Shown here: positions 13,092 through 23,999 of the stretch, in pieces | How the letters are laid out: each line of letters begins with the position of its first letter | Numbering within the stretch: position 1 is the first letter of the stretch | NCBI GenBank assembly: GCA_016748015.1 | Contig: JAAOMT010000258.1 | Coordinates: 374,173 to 438,172, forward strand | DNA: 64,000 nucleotides | Direction: 5' to 3' | DNA from: Geosiphon pyriformis uo1 | Lineage: Eukaryota; Fungi; Glomeromycota | Translations under genes and position numbers: made by a program | Notes under the pieces: model-generated | Database searches by the model: none | Seen by the model: only the letters and a program-made list of their open reading frames with translations | What the model was told of the DNA's origin: nothing

Positions 13092-15639
13092 TGATAAATT
13101 ATTTAGTTTAATATATTATATTAAATTGTATATAGATCTTATTTATTAAAATAAAAAAAATACTTGTTTAATATAAATATTTTTTTATATTTTTTTATCT
13201 GTTATAATTTATATATTATATACTTTAAAATTATAAATTTTTACAAAATAATTTTTTGGTTTTTAAATTAATTAAAATTCTTAAGTAAATAAAAATTATT
13301 ATTATAAAAATATTCTTAATTTAGATTTTTAATAAAGTAAAACATAGTTTAATAATATAGCAAAATTAATTTAAACAAATACAAATAATTTAATAAAAAA
13401 CTAATTTTTTAATAATAAATTTTGATATATTAAACAGATCTTAAAACTTAAATTTAGGAAAATTAATTTAGATTTATATATTTAATTAAAAAATATTTAT
13501 AACAATAAAAAATAACAATTTTAACATAAGATAAAAAATTAATAATCCAATTTATTAAAATTTAAATATAATAAAAGGCTTAAAAAAAGTTAATAAAAAC
13601 AGCTTTACAATTAAAAACGAAATATTTTAAACTTTAATACTTATAATAATATTAATATCCAAAAATTTTTTACCAAATACAATTTTTTTATTTAGTATTA
13701 ATTTATATAATAATAATATTACGTGTTTTATAAACTTATAATAATAATAGTAGATTTTTATTAAGATTTATTAAAAAAATAAAAAATCAAATAAGTTTAA
13801 TACTAATTTAAAAAACCAAATTACTAATTTTAAAAACCATATAATTAAAGAAAAAATTTATTAATTTGACTTAAGTATATTGTAAAAAACAATAGCATTT
13901 TTTTAATTAACCAAAAAAATTTAATATTATTTTTTATTATTAAAACATAAGCAAAAGCACTTTTAATAAATTAAAATATGCAATAATATATTATTACAAA
14001 TTAACAGGCTTTAATTAATACTAAAAACATTTCTAATTATATTAAAAAGACATTTAAAAATATATTAAAAAGAATTATAATAACAAAAACAAAATTAAAT
14101 ATTACAGAAAATTTTGTAATTTTAAGAATAATAAAAAATAATTCTTAAATGTTATTATAAAATTAGTAAGTTTTTGAAAAAACAAAAAAAAAGTGTTTTA
14201 ATTTTTATTTTATTAGTTCGATTTTTATAATTATAATTTATTAAATTAAACAATATAATCAATTGCTAATTTATACTAATTTTGACAAATGTTTTGTTGT
14301 TGCTATTATCTAAAACCCAAAGAAAGCTATTGTTTACAACTAGAACAAAAACAAATATTATGATTGGTACAATAACAACAAAATTAATGAAAACATCAAA
14401 ATAAAGTTAATATTTTATTTTAACAAAAAAACAGATTTAAATCAAAAAAAAGGTTTTAAAAAACATTAAAAGAAATATTTTTAGGTATTTTAAAAGTTGG
14501 TAATATGTTTTTAGAAAAAAAAAAGTTGTTTTTGGCTTTTTTAGCGCAATAGCTACAATTATAACAATTGTGAAGAGTTATATATAATAATAATTAATAT
14601 GAAATAAAAAAATTAAACATAATATTACAAGTGATTCAGTTATATTATAAATAAATTTTAATATTATTTGCAATTGTTAAAATGTGTTACAACATTATTT
14701 CTTCATAAAATTATTAGTTAGAATTAAGCTATCATAAATCAAAGTATTTTTAATTCTTCTTTTACTATGTAAAAAAATTTATAAAACACTTTAATTTTGA
14801 TTTTTATTATAAATCTTTTTAGCAGAATTTGCGATCTTTTTGTTTTTTAAAATTATATTAAGCAATATTTATCAATTAAAATGATAATTTAATAATCTAT
14901 TAGCTTCTTAATATTATGTCCTACCATCTTGGTTAATATTTCTCACATAAATCAAATTTATAGATTACACAATTAATCTTAAATGTATTATGTACTGTAA
15001 TGTTTAGCTGTTATTATTCAAGAAAAATCTTGTTATTAAAATTAAAATTTAATTAAAGTTGAAATATTGAAAATTCTAACAAAAATTTCATGACATATTT
15101 AGAACCTGTATAGCAAAATTATGATGTATTTTTGTTTTCAATTGGAACTAATAAATTTAGATTAAGATTTAGTGATTCTAAAACTTAATTTGAATGAACT
15201 AGAGGACTTAATAAAAGAGTATAAATTGCAACAAAATTTTGCTAAAATTGCAATTGAAATCAAAGTTTTACTTGGCAAATATATTGGAGTATAAATTTTA
15301 AGGGGAAAAATCTAGAGCATGAGTGATTAATAAAAAAAGTTTTAATTCGAATCGATAACTTAATTTTCACCCGCCAAACCTTACTAAGTTTCTAATCCAG
15401 CATTGAATCTAATTCACGATTGGAAACAATGCATTATGCGAGATATTTCTCCCTGCATCAAACACAATTAAACAGGATTTTCAACAATAACGCAAAACTT
15501 TGATTTTTCTTTGGCGGGAGAGGGGGAATATTCCATTTGTGTCAATTGTAACACCTAACACACAATGAATTTTTACTTCCAATTTTAAATGGATTCAATG
15601 ATCTGCAAATTCACAAATTGTCTAGCTTTCTGCTGTTTA

Positions 15640-16849
15640 CATTTTATTCGCACTCACAATACAAAGGTATATCTTGGGAGAAAGCTTTTTGGCAGAAGTT
15701 ATGTAAAAGCATAGCCAAAAGACGTATCGAGCTGATAACCAAAGTTTTGGCACCCACATGACATCATAATTATTGGTTCTCATGTATTTGAGGTTCTTTG
15801 GCAAAATACAATTATTCTTTAGGTTACTTTCAAGTCGAGCATTGTTAAATTCCTTAGGTTTTGAACCATTTATGCTAAGTTTTTCCCGATATGAGACTTT
15901 AAATGACATTTTCCAGGCAGGGGATGCAGATTTTGAGCAGGAACAATGAAAAAACAGATATAACATTATAATTTTATCAAGATTCAAGGCAAATCTTGTT
16001 TGAAAATTATCCACAGGAAAATAAAAAATGAGAAGAATGTACCGATTATATTTATTTTGAGATAAAGCAAAATGTATGTCCGAATATTTGTTCTAGTAGA
16101 TTGGAATTATCTAAAATTGAGAAATTTGGTCAAATTTATGCAATTGCTTCTATTAACCTAAAATTTCCAAAGTTTCTTAAGAAGCGTTCATGCTTGATTA
16201 AGTTTTTATTCTTCGTAAATGTTATAATAAGTTACTTTGCATATCATTTAACTATTGCAAAACAAAACTTGACCCAATTTGCGAAGTCTTTAGTAAGAAG
16301 AAAAAAAACCTTGAATTTTTTAATTTTTTCATTGTTTAAAATGTGTGTTACCTCTTTTCTGTAGAGATTTTGTACCCCCCTAAATTTTTTTCAATATTTA
16401 GGGCAAGGCTAAAGAAATATTGTTACTTGCATCCCCGCTCGGTGGGTTGTCACGAATTGAATTTAAGCTTTTTTTCTTCAAAAACAACATATATTTTCGG
16501 TTAAAGAGGAGAACTTGCCTAAATTTATCGTCATGTCAACATCGACCCGAACAAGTCGTCCAACTTAAATTCGCAATTCGTCTGTCCGTTTGAATTTCTT
16601 CAAGTGCGGGAGATTTCCTTCGCGTAAAGTTATTTGAATATATTAGTTTTTCAAAATTAAATTATTATTTCCCAACCTAATTATGAATTCCTTTTTTATG
16701 CAGGCAATTTGGCCAGAAAAATCGATTTCTTCGACCGTAATTGCAACGAAATCACCTGTCTTCGCATTATTTTTCAATTCATTCCGAGAAATGATACTAC
16801 GATAAAACGAAACGAGTGAATACTGATCCCAACCGATCTGTGTGTCCAT
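15640..16849 (-). pseudogene. Probable degenerate multi-exon gene of unknown function, divergent from YFH7
   Basis: GC-richer exon-like segments (MDTQIGWDQYSLVSFYRS...GDFVAITVEEIDFSG; ITLREGNLPHLKKFKRTDELRI*VGRLVRVDVD; LNSIRDNPPSGDA) with an in-frame stop and imperfect splice sites. Confidence 0.3.
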
Positions 16850-17127
16850 TGTCCTGTATAGAATGAATTGCACCCATTTAGTCCTAGCCAATAGTTATTA
16901 AATTTCTTATGTAAAATATTTTAGTTTTAAAATATTTTGACAAAATTATTAAGTCTAAAAATATGATTTTAAATAAAAATGCTCAATTTCCATGTAAAAT
17001 TCGGTGTTAAAGGATTGACCGTTATCACATTGATCTTTATCAGCTGTTAATCAATGCTTATTTGATACCAATCATACCACGTGCCTCTGAAATTTGAGCA
17101 AATTTGTCTTTTTACGTTGATAGATAG

Positions 17128-18248
17128 ATGGAGGATACCTATTCAACTCTTGTGAACTATATTTTGGAAAAGTTACCATTGTAAGGACTATTCTTTTCAC
17201 AATTTGGTATAATAAAAGTTATTAATTTTTTTATAACATAGCCTTGAAACTAAGACACGTTTGTTAATTGCGATCGCTGGCGTTCCTGGTTCGGGAAAGA
17301 CATCTTTGGCTAGAACTCTTATTTCCAATATCAATAATCGTCATGGAATGGAAGTTGCTGCGATGATACCCATGGATGGTTTTCATTACCCAAAGTCTGC
17401 ATTAGATAAATTTGCGGTAAAAAATTCTTCTTGCCAATTATTGCTCATCAATAAATAAGTTTTAAGTGAAAATTAATTGTATATTTGACAATCTAAAGAA
17501 TCCTAAAGAGGCACATGACAGGCGTGGTTCTCATTGGACTTTTGATGTCGAAGGTAATTAATTGCTTAAGAATTTTTCTAATTAAATTTACCGTTCGTCA
17601 ATGTATAATATTCTCAAAATCTAAATCACGTAATATAGGCCTTTTAGTGCTTACCAGAAATTTGCGGGCCAAAATTGATGATGAAAAAAGTCTTGAAATA
17701 AGTGCACCTTCTTTTGACCATGCTGTAGGCGACCCTATACCTGACGATATAAAGATTTTTCCCCAGTTATATTTATTTCTAATTTTGAGACCCATTTTTT
17801 ATGGAATTAACTTAATTCATCACCACATTTGTTTTTTCTATTACAGCCATCGAATCATAATATTGGAGGGGCTTTATCTACATTTAAGTAAGCCCGATCC
17901 CTGGCTAGAAATCTCGAAACAGATGGACGAATTATGGTTTGTTGAAGTAGATATGGTCATTGCGAGAACTCGAGTGATTCGGAGGCATTTGACCAGTGGC
18001 ATAGGTAGGTTGGATCAGACGAATAAAAGTTCTCTTTTATCGCTTCAAAGTTAATACGATATTGAAAATCAATAATTTTTTATTTCTGCTTTGAAGCTAA
18101 AGATAAGAAATCAGCTATTTTCAGAGTCGAAAATAATGATATGCCAAATGCTGAATATCTTTTAAAAAACCGAGTCTCTCCGACTCGCGTAATACAAAGT
18201 ATAGAAGATGAGAGAGAAATTAGATTATCAGAAGCTTCGAAAAATTAA
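17128..18248 (+). CDS. YFH7: YFH7-like P-loop kinase (phosphoribulokinase/uridine kinase/pantothenate kinase superfamily), multi-exon
   Basis: Walker A 'IAIAGVPGSGKTS', 'IPMDGFH', 'RRGSHWTFD', 'APSFDHAVGDP', 'IIILEGLYL', 'RVENNDMPNA'. ATG at 17128, GT-AG introns, TAA at 18246-18248. Confidence 0.8.
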
Positions 18249-18289
18249 GTTGTGGAATGTATAAACATTTAAGTTTTCTCAATACGTAA

Positions 18290-21200
18290 AATCTTTTTTT
18301 GATTTTATTATTTTATAACTTCTTGAAATTTTTTATAAAAATATTATTAAAATGTGTCTTATATTAACTTTTATAAGGTCATTTTTAAAAGCAAAATATT
18401 TATTTATTTACTTTATAAAAAATTATTAATTAAAGTTTTAATTGATTTAAATTGTAAATTAATATTTTAGACAAATCTTTGCAACTTGGCTTATTCTCGA
18501 AATTTTGTAATATTTATAGAATATTAATTTTTCATTTTATTTGATTGTTTATTAATATATTAAAACAATATTTAAATTTGATTATTATTTCATATTAAGA
18601 ATTAAATAAAATTTGCATCCAATAACTTAATATATATTTAGAATTGTAATTATATAACAATTAAGTATTATACTGATTAAAATGTTATTTTGATTGCTTA
18701 AACATTAAAATATTGTTTTATTTAAAACAAATTTATTATTTCATTTATAATATTTGTAATTGTTAAATTTAATTATTTTTTAGTCTTTTATATGTTAATA
18801 TAGCAACAAAAAAAGATTTTCATAGTAAAAGCAGTTTAACAAAATGGTTTTGAAGTATTTCTTTTAAATAAGACTTTAGTTGTTTTATTTAACACTTTTT
18901 GACCAGTTTTTTTGCAATTTTAATCATAGCAATCAGTTTTAATTTAAACAATAATAGCAATAATATATTTATTAAGATAAAAACAGATTAATATTTAGCT
19001 GTATTATTTAACATAATTACTTTTAAATAATTGACTGATGTTATAAAATCTAAAACAACAAATTTTTTTGAAACTGTTATATTATTTCATATTATATTTA
19101 ATATTAAGCAGTTATTACTAGTTATCAAAAAAATTTTAAATTATTAATTTTTTTTTAGTGTTTAATACTTTTTTAAAAATTAAATTAAATAATGTAAAAT
19201 TGTATTTTAGTTATTATATAGCTTTTTGTCTTAAATTAGCCATTAAAAATAATATTAAGCTGTTTTATCTAAAATTTACATTTTAAAATTTTTTAAATAC
19301 TGTCATTAAAATTGAACTTTTTAAATTATTTTTTTATTACATTAAAAATTTAAAATTTTTGTAATCTTTAAATATGTTTTTAATTTTGCTATTATTTTAT
19401 TTCATAATATTTTACTTAATTTATTTTTTAATAATATTAAAAATGCTTTTAAAATATTTAGCAAAATTATTATTATTATACCAAAATATGTTATTTTATA
19501 TTGTTTATTTTAAAAACTTGATTTTTGTTAATTTAGCTTTTACTTGCTAATTAATTTTAAAACTGGATTTTAAAAAAAAATTTAGCTTTTTTAATTTTTT
19601 TAGGATTTTTAATAAATTTGTCACAATTATACCAATAATAATCTGGCTATAAACAATAATTTTTATTTTTTTTGGATAATATTAGTAATAATATGTTTGT
19701 TAAAGTTAGTTCTAATCAGTATATAGTTAAATTGCTTAATATATTAAATTTTAATTAATTTTTATTAGTTTTAAATACAAAACAAGTAATATTTTTACAT
19801 ATAACTTTAATTAATTAACTTATTAAATCATTTAATCTTAAAAATTAAATTAATAAAATAAAAACTAACATATTTTTTTTTGTTTTTTGAAAACACTATT
19901 AAATTAATTGTATTTGAATAATTCTTACTACTGTTAAAAATTTTTAAATGAATAATATTACTTAAATAAAAAATAGCAAAAATAATAATATTATTAGATT
20001 AAATATAAGTATTATAAATAATATAATAAATAAAAGTTTTAAAAATGCCAAAAATAATTTGAAAAATACCAAAAATACCAGAAATCTTAAAATACCAAAA
20101 TAATTTTAAAATAACTAAAAAATAGTTAAAAATATTAGAATATTTTGTACTATTAAAAATAAATTTATATATTAATAATAATAATTAATAAAAAAAATTT
20201 AACACTTAAAAAACAAAAAATTTAAAATTATTTTTACTTTTAAATTAATCATATTTTAAATAAAATATTATTTAAATTACTGTTGTTATTATTTTTTTAT
20301 TTTATTAAAGTTTTACGACCACTACCTAAGTACATAAAATCAAACAGATCCTAAATTAAGCATGGCTCATGCTTTTTTCTACACGTGACCAGCCACTCGG
20401 TAAATTATTTTAGTAATACTAAAACATAATTATAAATAATATTACTTTTAAAAGATTTATTTTTTATTATTTTTATTTTTTATTTTTGAATTATTTTGTT
20501 TAAAAAAATAGCATTGAAAATACAATATTACAAATAATCTAATAAAAAAATTTTATTAAAAAACTTTTAAATTAAATTTTCAAAAATAATCATTTATAAA
20601 ATAGCTTTAAATTATGAAAAACTACTTAAAAATAATATTTGATAAAACAGTAAAAATTAAAGTAGTTTACATTAAAACTATGTTTTAATTTCTGTATAAT
20701 TACTTTAATTTAATATTAATTATTAAAGACAATATTTGGCTTTTTTATGTAAAGTTTTTTTAGATTTCTTAAATATTGTTATTTAAATTTAATTGATTAA
20801 ATTATTTTTTTATTATTTTAAAATTGTAAAGTCTTTTATAGCATTTGAATTTAGTATTGTTTTTGTTGTTATTAATTTTTATAATATTTTCTTTAAAGTT
20901 ATTGTAAATAATATTAAGTATTTTTGATAAATTTTTAAATATTAAGTTGAAGTTTATTAGTTAATAATAATATAGTTGTGTATTTTAAGTAAAAAATTAC
21001 ACTTGTTTTATTTTTTAATTTTACTTAATAATTAAAATATATTAAATTATTAATATTATTTTAAGTAATAAAATTTAAATTATTTGGTTTTAAAGTATAA
21101 AATATTTTTATCTTATTTGTTAAAGTTTTTATCTAAATTTTTAATAAGTTTTAAGATTTTTAAGAATTAGTTTATTGGTTTAAAGTTAAATAATAAAACT

Positions 21201-22500
21201 ATTATCTTTTTAGTTTTTTTTTATTGTTGTTTTTTATTCTATAATTAGTTTTAGACCTTTTTTTTTGAAATTTGAATTGACAAAATTGTCTTTATTAATT
21301 AGATTTATTATTAAATTTATTGGTTTTTAATTGTTTTGATTACAAAATTGGTAAATATTTTATTGTAATTAAAAAACAAGTTAATATTTTTGGCAAATTT
21401 ATAAGTAATTAAATAAAAAAACCAATTAAAATATAATATTTATTAATATAAAATTAAGTAAAAAATTCTATCTAATTAATTTGTTATATTTTTATTAGTT
21501 ATTATTTTAAAACTTAATAAAAAACAGAAATTTTGTTTATATAAAAGCTCTAATTTAAAGTTTTGTTTTGATTATATTTTTATTTCTATTAATTTTTAAA
21601 AAAACATAAATAATAATTATTTGTTAATTATATTAAATACTTAAAAATATATTACATATATTTTCGCAATAATAAATAAAATTAATAATTTTATAAATAT
21701 TTTAAACAAAATTTTTAATATTTTATGTTTTAAAATTATTCTTATATAATTGTTAATTATTAAAATAAAAAAACAACTTTTATTTTTTTTGTAGTTTTTA
21801 AAAATGCAACTATTTAAAAAAAATTTTAATTATAAAAACAACCAAACAATATTTTATAAAAGTGTTTTTCTTAATAATAATAAAACTAAGCAGTTTTTAA
21901 AATACTTTTTTTGTTTTTGGCTAAAAGTATTTTTTTAAATATTTTTATTAAAATTAAGCTTGTTAATTTTTTTTTATTTTTAAGATTGTTAAAAACTTTG
22001 TGGTTTTTGTTTTTGCTTTTGCTATTGTAATTTTTTATAATGGTTTTTTTAAAATCAAGTTGGTTAATTTTTTATTAATTATATACTATTTTTTAAAATT
22101 AATAATTTAGTTATTAAGTTTATAATTAAGTTTGTATTATTTTTAATTTTTTAAATCTAATTATTAGCAAAAATATATTATAATTACTTTTAAATTCAAA
22201 AATATTTTTGTTGTAATTATTAAAGTTAGTATTTTAAAAAAAATTATATATTAATAACTTTTATAACTTAATATTTTATTTAAGATTGTAACTATTATTA
22301 TTGATTTTAACTTTAAAACAATAAATAAAGCTTATAAATTGAAATTAAAATAATATAAAATTTAAATTGCAAAATTTGTTTTATATAATAAAATTTATAA
22401 TTAAAAAATCAATTAAAAATAAATACAAAGTTTATTTTTTAAATGTTTATAATATAAAAAATTAATTAATTTAGATTAATTTTTACTTGTTACATTAAAT
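18290..22500. repeat. AT-rich block, probably hypermutated transposon relics
   Basis: Near absence of G/C; contains the LINE 3' fragment at 20292-20400. Confidence 0.7.
20292..20400 (-). mobile_element. About 100-bp 5'-truncated LINE 3'UTR copy (SINE-like) with A-rich tail
   Basis: Reverse complement ccgagtggctggtcacgtgtagaaaaaagcatgagccatgcttaatttag...tgtacttaggtagtg matches 23882-23961 and is followed by an A-rich tail. Confidence 0.85.
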
Positions 22501-22517
22501 TAATATAATAATAAAAT

Positions 22518-23995
22518 TCTCTCGCAATTTTGGCATTGTTTGTGACAATTTGTTGAACATTGACGCTACTGTTCGCCTCTCTGTATATATGGATGGGTCT
22601 CTAAGTGGTTTGAGTACTGTTGGTATGAAGACTGATGCTACTGTTTTCATTAAGGACATTAATTTGGGGTTGGGTGTGAAGATGTCTGGTTTGGTTTCCT
22701 CTACGCTTATGAAGTCGCAGGCCATTGCTCTGGCTCTTGAGTGTGTTCCCGCTTTTCGTTTAGTGGATTTGTTCTTGAACAGCCAGGCTGCTTTGGATGC
22801 ATGCAAATCCGAATTCCTACTGGCTTGGCCGGACTTCAAGAATCGTTGTTGGATCGAGCATCACCACATTACTAATGTCATTTGTGATAAGAATTTGAAT
22901 GTGAATTGGGTCAAAGTAAAAGGTCATTCAGGTATTCCTGGCAACAAACATGCTGACTCACTTGCAGGAGTCGCTGTCTCATCTTCTTAGTGACTGCCAC
23001 ACAGGATTGATGAATGGTTTTTAAAAGCTGGTGACTCTGCCATTTCTGGTAATTCAAGACATTTTGTTCATGATATCTTCCAATCAGTTCATTGGGTGCA
23101 TTGGGAAGTTGGATTTGGTTTCCAAGTTTTGGTGAATAGTTTGCAAAGTGATGTTGATTGGGCCAGGTCTGTTTCAGTATGGCACCCAGATTCTCACATG
23201 GCTGCTGGCTTCACTAGTTTGCGTACTGCTAGCTTTCAGACTTATTTCATGAAGGCTCTGCATCATCAACTTCCTGTTGCCGTGCATAAGCGTCTATATA
23301 ATAGGCTTTACTCCAGTATAGTGTGCTTATTCTGTGGTGAGATTGAGATTTCTGATCATGTTTTTTCCTGCTTCTTTGACATCATTGGCCATGAGCATTT
23401 GATAAACACTTATGCAGTTGTTTGGGAGGCATGCTCTGGTTTATCTCGTTCTTCTTTGTGCATTTCCCAGTTACTGTTCACTTGTGTTTCAAATTGTGTG
23501 GTTGGGGTGGCCCTATGTAAAAGATTTGTTTTCAATAATTGGTATTGTAAATCTGTTTTTGTTTTTAAGGATTCCAGGGTGGTAGCTTGTAACATAGTGT
23601 TTTTTGTGTGTAAGTTTTGTGCTGCATTCCAGGATGAAATCTGGTTGGTTCATGCAAAACACCAGATAGTGATGGAAAAGGGTAGGCTGATTCCTCGTGA
23701 CAGCTCTATTCCTGCCTCTGTTTCTGGTTTTTCTATGGGTTTTTCAGCAGGTGTTGTTAGATTGTTGGGGTTGCTAATACAATTAGTATCCATTTCGGGT
23801 TTTATAGATCTTGTTTATTTTTTTCTGGTGCTTGTGAAGAGGTTTCTGTTCATATAAGTGCATAGTGTTGTTCTGACTGGTCTGAGTGGCTGGTCACGTG
23901 TAGAAAAGGCATGATTCATGCCTAGTTTAGATTATTTAATGATGTATTGTACTAGGTAGTGTTTAGACTTCACTCATTAAACGAAATAAAAAAAA
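22518..23995 (+). mobile_element. 5'-truncated non-LTR retrotransposon (LINE): RNase H, C-terminal CCHC finger, 3'UTR, poly(A); inactivated
   Basis: RNase H motifs 'VYMDGS', 'LFLNSQAAL', 'WVKVKGHSGIPGNKHADSLA'; finger 'CLFCGEIEISDHVFSC'; stops TAG TGA at 22988-22993; poly(A) 23984-23997. Candidate low-complexity TSD aataataaaat at 22507-22517 and 23996-24006. Confidence 0.88.
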
Positions 23996-23999
23996 AATA

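Larger units (their letters stand above)
2150..15150. repeat. Extremely AT-rich block of nested, hypermutated transposon relics
   Basis: Abrupt loss of G/C relative to the flanking genes; degenerate gag-like, retropepsin and LINE ORF2/3'UTR traces inside. Confidence 0.8.

Noticed and set aside
20382-20389. TCACGTG motifs next to AT-rich DNA resembling point-centromere CDEI/CDEII (also near 7237 and 23894)
   Set aside because: All lie within TE termini; no CDEIII; point centromeres are not expected in this lineage.
23874-23930. Possible hammerhead ribozyme (ctga...gaaa plus hairpin) in the LINE 3'UTR
   Set aside because: Core lacks CUGANGA and a supportable stem II/stem I; kept only as a conserved hairpin.
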